A stretch of 64,000 nt of DNA. It comes from Lepidodermella squamata. Its lineage: Eukaryota > Animalia > Gastrotricha. The notes under the pieces are model-generated. The model was not told where the DNA came from and did not search any database. It saw only the letters and a program-made list of their open reading frames with translations. Position numbers and translations under genes: made by a program. Every line of letters begins with the position of its first letter. Positions within the stretch are counted from its first letter, which is position 1. The stretch is from the NCBI GenBank assembly GCA_047495785.1, contig JBLDXI010000012.1, forward strand, positions 992,001 through 1,056,000, written 5' to 3'. Below are positions 27,001 to 42,238 of this stretch, one piece after another.

Positions 27001-29903
27001 CTGCTGTTTGCCACGACGTGGCTCATCCGGGCGTGAACCAGGCGTTCATCGTCAAGACCAACCACGTACTGCACACGTTTCGAGGAAACGAGACCAGCTC
27101 GCTGCTGGAGCGGCACCACTTCGCCGTCGGCTGGTCGATCCTCGTCACTTTCGGCCTGCTGAGCGATATGGACCGCGATAGCATCGCGTATCTGAAAAGC
27201 AACCTTCTCGAGCTGATTCTTGCCACGGACATCGCACGCCACGGTTCGCTGATCGAGGCGTTTCGCTCGATGGCGAACGCCGACTTCGACCCGCGCGGCA
27301 ACACCACGCATCGAACGCTGCTCATGTGCATTCTCATGAAATGCGCCGATATTTCGAACCCGTGCCGACCGTGGAATTTGTGCGAGCGCTGGTCGGGCCT
27401 CATTTGCGAGGAGTTCTTCAAGCAGGGCGATGTCGAACGCAAAATGGGCAAGGACGTCTCGCCCATGTGCGATCGCAATGCGTGTTCGGTCAGCCGAATC
27501 CAAAAAAGTTAGTCATGTTCATTTTTACCCCGTAGAATTTCCGATTGAAAATCAAAATTGTGATTGAAATTGAATATAATATGCAAATTTTTCTGCAATT
27601 GTTGCGATTTTTTTTGCGATTTTTGCTTCTTATTTTTTTTATCGATACCAATGCCATCCGCAAGCCTATGAATTTTTATTTAAGCTACATCAGCTAGATA
27701 GAAATGTTTTTAATGTTGGCATCCAACAATGCTGATATCGGAAAAATCACTGATTTTTAAAATCGATAATTGGAGTCGATATCTCTCGGAATTAATATTT
27801 TACTTCATTGTTTCACATTTTGATATTCGAGCTATTTAATAATATTTTCTTCAATTTTTTCAGATTTTATTCCTCACATCGCCAAGCCGCTGTTTGAGCT
27901 CTATCATGGCTGGAGTAACTCGACTTTGAGTGGTCGGTTACTCGTCAATTTGAGAGGAAACTTTCACATTTGGGAGGACAAAAACAACACCGAAGTTGAA
28001 GCAGCAGCGAAGTTGCTGGAACTTAAGCAGCAACAAGCGCCGACCCTTGAGGGTGACTCTGTGGTGCCGGAAACCGTTGAAACTTCGATACGAGACGTTT
28101 CAACGCCTTCAGACTCTTCCGACTGCGAAGACTTCGACGCGTTCGGAATTCGCGACTCGCCGTACCCGCTCACGAACAACCGGCGCAAATATTCAATGCC
28201 GGCGAACCTGCTCAGCCTATCCGACCACTCATTCCAGGTGACGATCGTACCTGGCCGGCCGCACTCGGGTGATCGCAAAACGGCGAAGAACCGGTTGCAG
28301 GGCCGGCGTTTCACGCTGACGGACGCGCCGAGTCAAAACAGCCTTGCAGCGTTGGGCTTTCAGTTCTCTGAATCGACGCATTCGGAGATTTTGAAGGAGC
28401 TGCAGAGTCACAGGCAGCGTTTCTCGATGATGGAGACGGTCGAACAATCAGCTGCTGAATCGAATTCTTCTTGTTCCGGCGAGTCTTCCTCTCAAAAACC
28501 CACCCAGTTGAAGCAAGAAGTCTTATCACCTCAGCGATCGCTCGATCAAAACGCTTTGTCTAATCATATCGGCGGCAAATCAGGTTAGAAAATTTTGTGA
28601 TTTATTTAACGATTTTTTTTAATTTTTGAATAAATTCAGAAGCCGTCGCTAAGGCTGCTTCTATGCATTCTGCTGCTGGCCGTCGAGTTTCTGAACAAGC
28701 GCAGCTGCCGGTGCACCAGAAACCGCACATAACTCGCTCACCGACTGCACCGGCGCCTTCTTCCGTCGTGCCTTGTACCATTTTCTTGACGAAGGTGCCG
28801 AACAGCAATAGCAACCAGCTGGTGCCTCCGGGTCAAGCCGTGCCGAACCACGACTGCGCGCATGTGCACGGCTCGAATCGCTCGAGCCAACGCCGCGCTT
28901 CCGAAGGCACTATGCTTTCTTCGTACGTTATAGGTAAGTAATCCTCCAAATGTCTCCTAACAAATCTAAAGGAAAAATTCCACAAAAAATCCAAGTGGAT
29001 CATTTGCTAGAAATAATTGTAGCCTGGAAGATATTTTTAAAATTCCGGAAAAAACCTAAAAATTTAGTTATCGAACATTTTGATTGAAAATGAAGCGAAA
29101 ATAATCGTAAAAAATTCAAATTTCAAGGTAGATTTTCTGGTCAATAGTTTTCTTTTCAATTGTTAACTGTAAAGTAACGCTGAATTAATGTTTTCCGCAA
29201 AATGCTCGGGCTTGGACTTTTTCTTCCGCAAAAGTGTCACCTCAGGGTTAAAAACAATGTTGAAAACCGCTTATGAGGCTGTCAATGTTGAGATTCCGCG
29301 ATTTCGAGGTACCTTTGACTCTTGGTATCTTGATAAGTTGTAGCATAGTGAATTTTCTGTCGATTCAACTGGGTTCGATTTTTTGGTTCGATGTTGTTTG
29401 GATTTTTTCTGGCAAATTTTATTTTAAAAAACCAATTAAAAATTCTGAAAAATAGAAAAATTCATATTTTGAAGAATTTTAAGGTTGATGTTTTATTTTT
29501 TTTAAATATCTATTTTATTTTATTTTATTTTTCCTTCTCAGGTGCTGAACACAGCTGTGCATGCGAACATAGCCAAATACCTCATCCCGACTCTTCAGTT
29601 GCGCGTACCGCTTCTGCGTCGCATCAAGGCGGCAAGAAGGTGCGCAAATCTCAGCCCACACCGCCGTCCGTGGTCGTGTCGCCTACTTCGTCGCTAGGGG
29701 CTTTCATCGCTAACAAGTGGAACAGTAATAACAAGTCTTCGCCCGTTGTCGTCGCCCACGAGGACGGCGGCGGCGGTGGAGGCGCGGCGGCGTCGGCTCT
29801 CGTCGACGCGGCGTGCCGCCTCAAGGAGAGCTGGACGCGCACGGGCAAGCGCTACTCGGACAGCTGTCTCACGATGCCGAAATCGCCGCTAATCAACAGC
29901 TGA
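24046..29903 (+). CDS. PDE7: PDE7-like 3',5'-cyclic nucleotide phosphodiesterase (~850 aa, 8 exons)
   Basis: Exons 24046-24213, 26340-26519, 26574-26748, 26800-26927, 26982-27507, 27864-28583, 28640-28933 and 29542-29903 are in frame. Motifs NPYHTALHACDV, HDVAHPGVNQAFIVKTNH, LERHH, ILATD, KCADISNPCRPW, EEFFKQGD, SPMCDR and IQ; PDE7-type N-terminal GDVR...RRLLS. The first exon is the least certain. Confidence 0.85.
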
Positions 29904-32900
29904 TCTGAACTCTATAAAAAATCGAGCTTCTCCAAATATATATATAAATTACATTACATATACGTGAATAGTTGTTTCATACTTGAAATTTATAATATAT
30001 ATCTCTACATTACATTTATTATTTATAATCATTATTTAATTTAATTTGATGATTTTTTCCTCCTTCCGAAAGTTAACCGACGTGTTGTTGCCCCATTGAA
30101 AGGAAAGAAATTATTGTTAATTTTTTCTGACAAATCCTTTATTATTGAGATAACAGGACAAAAGATGAAACACCAAAACTTGACTTGGCTTGCTCACATG
30201 ACGCCGCGATGGAGTGACGATGAGTTTTATATTATCTGTAATCTGTAAAATCCGCAATTTTTCATGATGAAAATGAACCAATCAATCCACGACATGTATA
30301 CGCAATTTAGCTTTCGTCTCTTCTTTACTTATACATATATATATATTTAAAAATGACCTTGATGACGATGATAATGACGACTTTTTCAACGTTAGGCACC
30401 TGTTTGTTGCAATAAAAATAACAGACGAGAAAAATCCTAAATTTACTAGAATTTATGTAAAAACAAACTGACGATGCCATCATTCTTTTCTCATAACGTA
30501 CTATTTTTGCAGTAAAATGACGCATTGTTGGAAACGGGGATCGCACATTTTATTTGATTTTCTTAAACGGCGTCCGCTTTCGCCCGTTCGAAAAATGCAG
30601 AATTTCCATATTAGATTACTTGTCTAGCCATGTATGCAATAAAAAGAGTTGCGCTCCCTACAATTCTAAGCCATAAAAGTTAGAACGATAGCGCCGTTTA
30701 AAACGCCTCATTTGGCTGAGAAACGCGAATCGTCAAACACATAGTTGCCAAAATTTTTCATTACTTTGAAGTTGTTTCAATTTTAAATTAGAAGCAATAT
30801 TAATGAAATGCAAGAACAGGATGCGAGAAATGAAAGCTGACAGTTTTAGAGCATTCAATGTTTTATTATTTCCTGTCGAGTAGTTTTGTCTTAATTTCTG
30901 TTTTCTCTTGTTCAGCAAAACTTTCTTGTTATTATAAATATTCCTATCTTGTATCTAACTAGTGTGATCCTCTTTCTTGATATCAATCTGCAGATTCGAA
31001 GAGAAAAGCGAATTTTATTGCGACGAAAAAATAAAATGACACTGACAAACAATTTAGGCTTAGTTTTTTTGGAAAGTTGCCATGGCTGTCATGACATTGG
31101 TGTGATTAAGGCTTGTTTATCAACTTCAATTATACGTAATTCCACGGTAAATAACCAGCCTACACGAGACGGGGTTCAACGGCCGGCTTGTTATTAAATC
31201 GATACAAGTGCGCGAAGAGTGGAATTAATCATTCGCGCGGTATTTTATTTATATTATCATCATTCAGCTAGCCACCTTATTTCACGCCTGTTTATTTGTT
31301 CAGGCGTATGATAGCCGCCGCGCAATGGCAGCACGTTCCCGCTGTAACATACTCATGTTTGTTTTCGCATCGCGCCATTCCACGCATCTCGGCGATATAA
31401 TATTTTGTTGCTGCAGTATAGATATCACGCTATAATAAAATTCGATCAAAAATAATAACTTTCAACGCGTGGTCTTTTGGCTGTGGCTCAATTTATTGTA
31501 ATCTCGTCGCATGCGAGAAGCCACACGACAACAACAACAACAGAACAGGTGTGGCACGTGATTTTACTACGAATTTCGTAGCACTGAATTTCGGTGCATA
31601 AACACCTTATTTTGCAAAATAATCATGTCCCAATTATTTTCTGATGCATATGCTTTTGTCAGGGACTTTTCTTTTCACAAAGAAAGGAAAATTTATTACG
31701 TCTGAGATAGCCTATTTGCTGTCAAAAAGTGTAATTTTTCAAAAGATGATCCTGTCACCCAAGATGAAAAGCGACGGCAAGAAACGTTCTCAATCTCTCC
31801 CAAAGTTTATTCACATATTTTTCTTTGATTATATTGAATGATCTGAATACTGAATACCAAGTTAATGGGCGTCCCCAGGACCATTTGACCAAAAGTGATG
31901 AGCTTATAAAAAAAAACTGGCGTGTACCCGTAGCACCCCACTATCTTTTCATCATTTTTTGAGAACTCCATTTGGCAGCACGTGCGAAAAATTGGACTGG
32001 TGACAAATTGAGGAGAAAAATATCATTTTTTGACTCGAGCCGCATTCTACCTGCTGCGTTTTGTGTGAGATGGGTGCGAAGCCTTTCAAGTACAATCTTT
32101 ACGTACTATCCATCTGTTTTTCGTTTTTCCAAGTGTTTAAATCTCACGTCGGGGTAATCATCTTTAAGGAGGATCAAATTATAAATAGAAAAGGGCTTTG
32201 TAAATGTTTTTCATCGCGTATATTGTGCGCCGTATTGTTTTCTGGCCAGAATGATTCCAATTGGCCGTATTATTTCCCAATTTATGCAAAGCCACGCTGT
32301 CGGTGATCGCGCCTGCCTGCTGTCTTCTGCCGGCCGTATTTTCGTAATTGAATTGCCACACAGCAGCGGGCCTATAAATGAGAAAAAGCTGTGTGAAGAG
32401 CTGCGCACGCGCTCCGAAAAGGTACGAAAAGCAGCACGCAGCTCGGCATTATAACCGGGATACTACAACCGCAGTATAATAATTTGGATTATAGCTACTC
32501 AAAAACTTGGCTGCTGCCGTGATGCGGAACATTAGTGGTATAGCTATCGGCACCTAAGCACGGGTTCCTCACAGCAGAGCAATAATAATATATCAAAAGA
32601 AGACGCTATAGTGTAAATGAATAGCGTAACGGCGTCGGCAGCAGCATTTTTCACCGTGTTTTTTTCATCTTACTTCCTGTTTTACTTATTATACTGCTAC
32701 TACCACGGCTCTTGATGCGATGAAATACGCGCCGGCTGCTTGAGGAACAGACACATCATATCCATAGGCATGTAGGTATATAATTAACGCGAAAAGATGA
32801 TACCCTAACGCGCTATTACCCTCGTGTTTCAAGCACCACGTCTACATATGTCGGATGAGCCAAATCCCACTCAATAAAAATGCCAAAGCGATGGCGTGTA

Positions 32901-35689
32901 CAGGCGAAAAATAATCGTAATCATCATCATCACCGCGCGCTTCGTGCGCATCCAAAACGAAAACAGCTGCAGATTTAATTAACAGCTCCTGTCAGAACGT
33001 CTTTTTTGGGACTAGCCGAAACAAAAATATGAGAATGAAAAACACAAAACGTCGCGTTTGTTGGCCAACAAATGCTTCCTCTTTTATTATTTTGTATTCT
33101 TCCTTTATAATTTTTTCCAATTTATTATTATCATATTCAATCCAGTTTTTTCGAATGAGAGAGACACGTACAAAAACCAAGCAAAGCATTGATGAACGAA
33201 TAATAATAATAGAACATAAATGACATCATGTGGTAGACAACGCCATCATTTAATTTCTTATCATCTCTTTTATGTATAATATACCATTTTTAATCGCATT
33301 AAAATGGCAAAGAATACCCCATCAGAGTGTTTTGAACGTATACTCTTCCTACCAAGGTGCGTCAATGGCAATGCAAGTGACAGACACAATGGCGACCGAG
33401 AAGTAGCAATAGCACACGCAAAAAATTCAATAGTAGCGAAAGATGAAAAGAAAGTTGATGTATTACAACAACATTGGCGGCTTTTTTTAAAACCAGAAGA
33501 AGAAGAGATGATTGCAGGCGAGCGAGCGTCAAGAGTAGGTCCACATGTATTATAAAGTCGGTCTATTTCATAGAGCTTGATTCCAATCCTTTTTTGTAGA
33601 AAATCCAACTTAAAATTGTGAGTGTTTTAACCTTAAAAATGAGCCTGGATATGAACGATTTAGACGAGACGACACAAATAAATGAATCTGGTGGTCGATT
33701 TTTATTACATTCAATTAATTCATGCGTCCTAAGGCTTTGCTAAATTTGCATTTCAGGGTGAGTCACATTTTATCCCTGGCTATTTACATAGAGAAAGAGC
33801 GATCGATTTTTTTATTACATAGGCTAAAGTTACTATACCCGGTAGTTGTAATTTCATACTTTTTTACTCGACGCACTCACATCAAAGTTTTTTTCACGTG
33901 TCGTCGTCCGTTGATGAGAGCAAAGCGAGTTCGTACTGCGCATGATTGTACTTACGACGATGCTTATAGGTTGATCAAACATGTGACTATACTAACGCGA
34001 GAGAGAGATGTAAATTTAGTTTGAGGTGGAGAGGGTGCTTGTTAGGCCTTAAAGTTGGAATTTCGTCACAACAGTGCGTCTCATTTTTCTCACTTATCAT
34101 CCGCTTTTACATCACCATCATCAGAACTTATGTCAGCGAGTAAAAACAACGTATTGTATCATAGAAGATAGATTATATCATATCATCATCTTTTGAAAAG
34201 ACAGAAACAATGAATTTTGTTATTGCGAAGAACAAATAATAATAATAATATTAATAATTGATATAAAAATTGATCTACTATAATTTCTGCCCGTTCGTCA
34301 ACGGAAAGCGAGGTGTGCAGGAGGGGTTGTTTCTTTTGCAAATTTGAATAAACTACCAAGTGCGGAGAACAAAAGGTGCATCGAATAATTAGAATAACAG
34401 AAGCGCGTGACGAAAACAGCGTTTTTCGACGGCTCGGGCTAACAACAAATTGTTAAATGATAGAAAACTAGGCTATATTGCATCTCAGTTATTGTTTTCA
34501 TCATCATCAATAAGTTCGCGAGTAACAACACACCAATAATAATGAAGATAATTTCTTTATAATATATATATATATAATATATATTTATTTATAAGATACT
34601 GAAAGTTGCTTAGAGTGTTTTATTTGATGATGTTCCTTCAAGAATTTTTCTTAGTCAGCCCTTAAAAAGTCTTCAGCCCACCACTTTTTGGCGTGCATCT
34701 TTGCCGTGAACAAAAAATTGCAGTCATAATTTACAGTAGTAGTTTAAACATGTATGAAAGGGACCACGCCGTATAATTAACGATGTTATAATATTTCTTT
34801 ATCATCATAACAATATATATGTATATAAGAACAAACGAGAAAAATGGCAAGCTTTTTTCAGTCCGTTTAAAAGGAAATGCACATTGGCGCACATATTTTG
34901 TGTCTTTCTTCGCGCATTTTTCGGGTTTTGCGAGCGAGCGAGCGAGTGAGCGGCGAAGAAACCGGGAAAGAAAACAAAACTTTTCTCAAACATCATCATC
35001 ATTATCATCGTTAAACACAAATAAAAGCAACGAATATAAGGGCGAAAAAAACAGCGCATCACGTTTCATTTTTTGTTGTTATAACAAGCACGCGAGAGAT
35101 TCGCTTTTCAAGTGAGATGAGACGAAGAAGCTTTTAATAAGGCAGACTGACTGACTGACTTCAAATTTCATCATCAAATAAAATATATGGACCACAAACA
35201 TTTGTCATTTGTTTCAAAAAGAAAAGATATGATTTTTCAATTACAGACACAGGAAATGTGATTAATTGTATATTTGTTGCAGCATTACTTGGTGTTGTTT
35301 AACTCATCGCCAGGGATTGTAGTTGAATATCGCCGATTTAACTGAGCGCAGAGAGAGAGAGACACTTACACGAATATTGAACGTAGAAGCCTCATTTTGA
35401 TGAGGTTGAAAATAACACGACAACGACTACAGAAAAGAGGCACGTTAACACGACGCGTGTGTTATCTGTGTAATGGAAGACCAAGTTTTCTCCTCCGATA
35501 AAATTAAAACCAGGTAATTGACAAGACGATGATGATTAAACAGAAGTTCGACCAAAAATTCCACCTTAATTTTATCGCTGTTTTTTTTTCATCTGGTGGC
35601 CTAACTGAGTTATTTCTTCAATCTGATTTTAATATTTTGTTCAGGTGATGCATTAGGTATAATTTGATCGACTACGACCACAGCCGCCG

Positions 35690-38600
35690 CTACACAACCG
35701 CAGCTGGACTGTTGCTAGAATTTACAACCAGTAGTGACGACGGGTGCGGCGACGTAGGCGAGCCCGGCGAGGGCGACTGCGTGCTCAGCAAGTGCCCGCT
35801 CAGGTGCGTCGGCGGCGGCGTCGAACTCGACGCTATGGAATTGTGCTGCGTGCCGCCAACAATGACGCTCGAATTCGCGCTCGACGTCGAATTGAAGTGC
35901 ACGATGGTCGAGGGCGACAGCGCGTTGTTCGCACTATCTGTCGTCTGTATTAAGGCGGCGATCTTTTCAACAATGACATTGCGGTCGAGCTATAGACACA
36001 CACAAAAGGTTAGAAATTTCACGCGATTATTACGCCGCAACTTACGGGATTAACGAGGCCGAACGAGACGAGCTCGTCGGCGAGACCTTCGCTGGTATCG
36101 CCGACGTCGAGATGGCCGCTCAGCTGCCGGTTCATGCGGTCGTCCATGCGTAGTAAGATGGTCAGTTCGCGGCGCAGGTCGCCCGGCTGGTCTGACACCG
36201 GTTTCACGCTGACCGAGATCTGCGTTATCCGCCGCGACTCGATCGACCGCGCGTACTCCTTCGGCGCCGGCATGCCCGCCGTCGACACCGCGTCGTGGTG
36301 CTCGCCGTGACTCGCCTTCTCGCCGTTCTCGTCGTCGCTCAACGGGTCTTTATCACTCAGCGAGCCGTCGCTGCCGATCAGCGAGCCCATGCCGGAGAGC
36401 GCCGACTGCCCGGCGCGGATTTTCTCACGCCGCGCCGCTTCGCCGGCATCGCACGTGTGTTCCGTGAACACGGTAACCGGGTCGACCCCTAACCGCACAT
36501 TTTCAAGCAGCTTGTCGACGTCGATCGGCGGCAAATCGCCGTATTTCCGCTCGTATACGACTCTTTGCGCCGTCTCGCTTATCACCGCGACGAAAATGTT
36601 CGTCGGAGATGCTGTAGACCGCAACTGACTCGCGAGGTCAGGCAGCACATCCGTACCCAATTTCCCTGAAAAATTGACACAAAAAATTCAAATTTTTTCT
36701 CTTCACTTCAAAAGTTCGCAGCACGCAATAATTCATCTGACCCCGGCACGAATAAAAAAGTGTCGTCATGGCAATTTCGGGTACTCATTGAGACAAACTT
36801 TACAACCGCTGCTGGTCTACTATCGATCTGCCAAATTCGCCGTGTTTTTTTATCAGCAGCTGATTATTTTGAGATGCTGTGTGGCTAATGAAGCGAAAAC
36901 ACGATGTGAAAAGAAAACCGCGCCGCCGAATCGCACTACGCCCATGGGACGTGAATGAATTACGAATAAAAAACAAGCGCGCCCGCAAGCGGAGTCAAAC
37001 GGGGTACTGCGGCCAAAAAGCGGCCCGCCTAAGATTACTTTTCGCACAAGCATGCCTAGAACGGAAACTGGCGCGTTTTTTTTCGTTGAGCAACGAGAAT
37101 TTCTAATGAGGGGAATTAAAACCTACGTTGTGAGCATATGTAATTGTGGGCGGCGAAAAGCTTGAGCGAAGGCACTTCAAAAATTGCTTGATGGAACAAC
37201 AGCTGATGTGCGGTTGGCCGTTCGTGTTCTTCCGTTTTTAAACACAACATAATCAAGTCCTGAAAAATTGATCGATAATAACAATTGAGCGAAATAAATT
37301 ATTAATTTCGTACTTTATGGTAGGGATCACTGAGCGATTGAAGGCGCTTTTCCACGGCCTCGGGCGTTAAATGCGACCCATTGTCGCCGTTCACGCCTTT
37401 TACGTCGGCCATTTCCAATGCGCAGTAGCCGAAACATAGAATATCGTAGGCGGCGCGGAATTTGTGGTCTTTTTCGAGAAAGCCGGGCGGGAAGCGAGTG
37501 CGATGGCCCCATTGCGAGGCGTCCGAAACGTCGCTTTTGATTATTGTATACGGCGATATTCTTCCGATCTTTATTAGACCGTTGAATTGAACGAAAATCG
37601 TGTCAGTCGAAATGTCCGCATGGACGAGTTGTGAACCGTGAAGATAATTCAAAGCACCAAGAATTTCAGTACACCATCGGGTCCAAGTCTACGGTAAACA
37701 ATCGCACGAATTTAGATAAATTTCAACAATTTTTTTCTAAAATTACTTTTATGGTTAATTGTGAGTTGCCAGTTTTACATTTTTTCAGGAACTGTTTCAA
37801 AGAACCGGAAAACATGTACTCCGTAATAAAGACGATCTGAAATAGCATAAAAATATCGATTTTTACAATCCATTTTTCCAGTGCTACTGTACCTTATTGG
37901 TCGGCTGCGTAGTCCGCCAATATCTGTGGAATTTCACGATATTCGGGTGATCGATCGTAACGAGTTGATCGAAAAATTGCATCAAGTTTTCGCAATACTA
38001 ATAAAATTATTATCGTAAAATTTTTGCCCAGGTCATCAATTTTTTTCTTTACATTTTTGCTTGTCTGAAGTTTTGCATCATTCAGGTGAATTTCGTTCCA
38101 TAGAACCTCAACTCCGTCTTCGAGGTCCATGGCCATCCATGTTTCATCGATTCCGGGTACGTGCCGTTGTTGGACCTGTAATACGAACACAAAATCGACA
38201 ATTTTAACGTCACTTTTCATCAATCATTCATTGCGAGTTTTTTTCCGCTTTGCGTTTCATGCCAAAAAACGCGACCTTAACTTGACAGATGGATGCGCAC
38301 CGTTAAATCGATAATACATAGGTAGTGCAGAGACAAAAAAAACGGCTGAACACACCCACCTCTCAACATCACCATCCTGCAACTGTTTAACCTAGGAAGA
38401 TCTAATGGGGCCCACGTAGCTCTTTTCGTCGCAGATTAGCGGGAAGGAAAACCCTTGAAAATGAAAAAACCTAAAGCCATGTGTTGACTCGGTCGTAATT
38501 TGGCAAGGCATCAAATGTCTGCCATATTACGTAGATGGTATATATATGTATTTACTCTGGGAGCATGACCGTCAACTAACTAATGCGCGAGTTCAGACTC

Positions 38601-39252
38601 GACTTGTGTTTACATTTGTTCCGCCATCGTTTTGCGACGGCGAATAATGTAAAGGCCCGAAAGATCGCAGCCTGGTATTCCGCGCGCGCTCATGCTCTTT
38701 TATCAGGTAGGCCCACATACATACATAGAAAACGGGCGGGCGACGCATTATGGCAAACACGTTCTATTTATATCACGTGTGTCGAAGAAGCGCTACAGCT
38801 ATAGCTGCCAATACAAATATTAACCAAGGTGAGCGAGCGCAGAGACCACTGCATAGCCCCTGCAAAGCTTCGCAGCGTAATGACAATGTTTTTGAAAGGA
38901 AGAGGCCATGCCCCGCCCTCCTTAAAAAACACGGTCATTCATTTCAACGGCCATGACAACGCAAAGAGGAAAAAAACAGGATGATAATAAGTGGAACAGG
39001 ACAAACCTTATCCTTGCCCTTCTCATATCTCCGGCATGGACTGCATTCTGGCACGGCCGTAATTAACTCATCCTTGTCTTCTGAAGAAGATTCTTTCCGC
39101 GATGCAGGCGCAGCTTCACCCGACATAATGTCAGAATCGTTCGGGTTCCCATCGCCAGGGTTATCAGGTGCTGCGGGTGGGCTGATCCTGCCAACTTTTT
39201 CTGTTAGCCCGCACGGCTGCGTTACGCAGCTTTCTGTCGAAGGGGCTGTCAT
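35690..39252 (-). CDS. NRBP: Nuclear receptor-binding protein (NRBP/Madm) pseudokinase (~663 aa, 8 exons)
   Basis: Exons 39252-39007, 38175-38053, 37997-37893, 37836-37747, 37688-37314, 37259-37127, 36665-36046 and 35989-35690 are in frame. Motifs SPCRRYEK, VPGIDETWMAMDLEDGVEVLWNE, HPNIVKFHRYW, FITEYMFSGSLKQFLKK, DTIFVQFNGLIKIG, BC-box FEVPSLKLFAAH and LLRMDDRMNRQLS. Confidence 0.92.
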
Positions 39253-40989
39253 AAGCCCGTATATAGGCAATAAAGCCAACAAAGTGTGGCTACACTTTCC
39301 TAAAATGAAACAAAAATGAATAATAAATCAGACAATAAACATAGCTAAACAAAATTAGCATCCACCTCCAGCCTCGTCGCTAAGAACTGTACCAACTAGA
39401 CTTAGGCAATGTTATTCATTGCTTTGGTGCTCATATAATTATTTGAGGACACCGTGGTAAGCACAACGTTGAGGAGAATATTCGACGAAAGAAAATGGAA
39501 GCCGATTGTGTTTATTAGCCCGGTTTGGATAGTATATTAGAGCAAGAAAATGTCGAAACTGAATATTATCCCAGTTTTTTTTTTAATTTTGGGAGTCATG
39601 TACACATGTTTAAACCCAGGCTGCTGTATTAAAATTTACGGTATACTGATCGACAGTTCCTCAGAGAAATTACAAAAGAGACACGCCAAGAACGACCTAT
39701 GAACCCGGAGGAGAAGAAGTAAAGAATGGACCTTATCTCTACAGATATTGATAACGGTGTGGCTACACAAGACGCCTACGGCAGTAAATTAGCGGAAAAA
39801 AGATTGCGAAAGAAATTGCTGTGACAGGAAGTGATACAGTAACCATATGAAAATAATCAACCCGCAACGACGCTTATCACTACAAAAAATGATAAGAGAC
39901 GCGTGACACTTGCACATACGGCACAGGGCCAAATGATTGAGCCTTTAGACTTTAGCTTCTTATTTTTAGCCTCTACAGATATCAAATCCATTATACCTAG
40001 AAATAGCACAGTTATATCTTTCATGACAATTTAATAAAAGCTCAGCTGCTATACAAGCAATTTTCACTTCTTTTATTTGGAAGCACTTATCTCGCGACTA
40101 ATTTAGGTCGTGGAAACTGTTCACTACTCACGCGAATGGGTTAATGAAACAACATTCTCTACAATAAATGATCATATAATCGTTAGGGCGAATATAATTA
40201 GGGTATTTAATGGCACAGGCATCATTTAGGGAACGGTTGGGAATAAGTTAAGTAAGGAACAAGGGACGGCACATCAGCCATGAGCAATGAGACTCATCTT
40301 CAGCCGTAGGTGCACAGGCTCCAAGCACCCAGCGGCAAGCAGCAGGCAGGGGTATAGATTTTTGTGTAACTCACTGATTTAGATTGATTTTTTCCATACA
40401 TGCAGATACCTCTGGCTAAAATAACGACAGCTATAACTTCTCAAAATAACAAACGTTGGCTAAGGATCGGTATAAGTATGACAACTATAAATAACACAAC
40501 ATTTGAATCTCAGAGTAAAATTAGCATTAGTTCAGCATTATTTGAATGAAAAAGCAGGCCAGTGAAAATATGCCAAGTAGGATTGTAACAAACGCGGCAG
40601 CATTAGCGATCGATAAACGATCGATTCCTCGGTTTTAACAGTTCGTATGAATCGCCGGCCCCGCAAAAATCAGAGGGCAAACGGTGAAGGACAAAATCAA
40701 TGAAATGTAGGCAAAAATTAAAAAAACAAAGTGATAATGAAATGTAATAATAAGGATTATGCTGATAATTTCATATAAAATTAATTAATTTAGTCGCATG
40801 AGAATTTTGAAAATTTTTCCCGCGCGAAAGCTCGTAAGTACCTAGCAACGGAACCCAACTGCGAACCTAGCTTCGGGTTTTAATCAGCACCAACTTCTAC
40901 TTATCCTAGGAGTCGCATCATTTCTTGTGGATTTATATGGAGCTACCCTAGATGATAAAAACAAAAATTACCTTTGCATCACCTTCCGC

Positions 40990-41400
40990 TGGCGTGCTGC
41001 CAATTTATGTTGCTGTTAAGTTTTTACCATGCGAAAAGAATGCTGGTTATTGAATTGGATTATGGACCACATTTGTTATGTCTAACAGCAGCACATCACA
41101 AACTTGTTTATTATTTTGTGAAAGCTCACACGCCCAAGAGAGGGCAGCTTGACAATGAGCTTCGGTCGGCAGGACGTTCCACAGGTCCGGCCCGCGATAG
41201 CTCAAGTTTAGCGTGCCGCGTTCCTTTTTGGAAGTTGGTTTGAACATTGGTTCAGAGCGGCGAAAATCGTTGGAACTGGTTTCGTTTAGCCGGAACAATG
41301 TTTGCATCGCTACTGGTGCTTGATGGCGTAAGCAGCTCCAAATAAAAGTTGCAAGGTGAATAGCGTGTTTTTGATTGACGTCGACCCAACCAAAAGACGT
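40990..41400 (-). mobile_element. Degraded non-LTR retrotransposon 3' fragment (L2/CR1/Jockey-like ORF2 tail)
   Basis: The translation contains LFRLN...RGTLNLSYRGPDLWNVLP, matching the xYRGPxLWNxLP tail of LINE ORF2. Boundaries are approximate. Confidence 0.55.
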
Positions 41401-42238
41401 GAGAGTTTGTCGTAAAACGCAACAAATGACGCTGATTACGATGGCTATCTTTATTGTTTCAGCAGCATCAAAGGATTGTGAAATCCACCAGGTAATGTGG
41501 CTTACCTTAGCAGGTTGGGTGCGTCCCATGGCCTCAAAAGTAACTTTTTCGGTACCGTCGTGGTATATTACTACGGCTTTCAAAGGTCGAATTTTCAATT
41601 CATAGAACTTGCGAAATTTCTTTTTTTCTTTTATTTATCTTAAAGCTGTTTCGCCCAGGAGAGGGCAGATCGAACTGTGGGAAAATAACATAATTATTGC
41701 AGGACAGATTCAGTTAAACGATTTTGCATGTTATAAGTAGTTGCCATTTTTTCAATGACTTGGTGATGGCAGCGTGTAATGCGAGGTACTTGCTTGGGAG
41801 CGGAAAATTTGGTTATTTAACATTGCATCTCAGACGTTGAGGATAATTGAGTTCACCCATGGCATCCCTACCTGCTCAGATGAGCCATCTTACCTGAATT
41901 GTTTATCCACGAGTCACAATTTGCCACTGTGCGCCCGGAGTATCATATAGCTGACTTGGCTGACTAGCTGACAACCAGGCAGCTTTTTACAGAAAACCGT
42001 AACTGCTGTTCTGGTGAATGAGGATGATTTTCTTGCATATCTGTGTGAAGTGATAGGGTGATAGGTAACACAGCTTATCTACATTTTCCTATCCACCCCA
42101 AACTTGTGTGCCCATGTACAAACTGACTTGAATAAATAAATAAATACTTGATAGTTATGTGGAAATGTTTAATGCTTTAATTTGCGGTGAACTAGTGGAT
42201 CTGCATCTAAACAAACTATTAAACCGAGACTTTGTAGC

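Noticed and set aside
33270-33608. 112-aa minus-strand ORF with an upstream acceptor-like site
   Set aside because: No recognisable homology or codon bias; it lies in AT-rich sequence between converging 3' ends.
41700-42146. Possible extra plus-strand LINE remnant ending in (AATA)n
   Set aside because: Too degraded to support beyond the tail.
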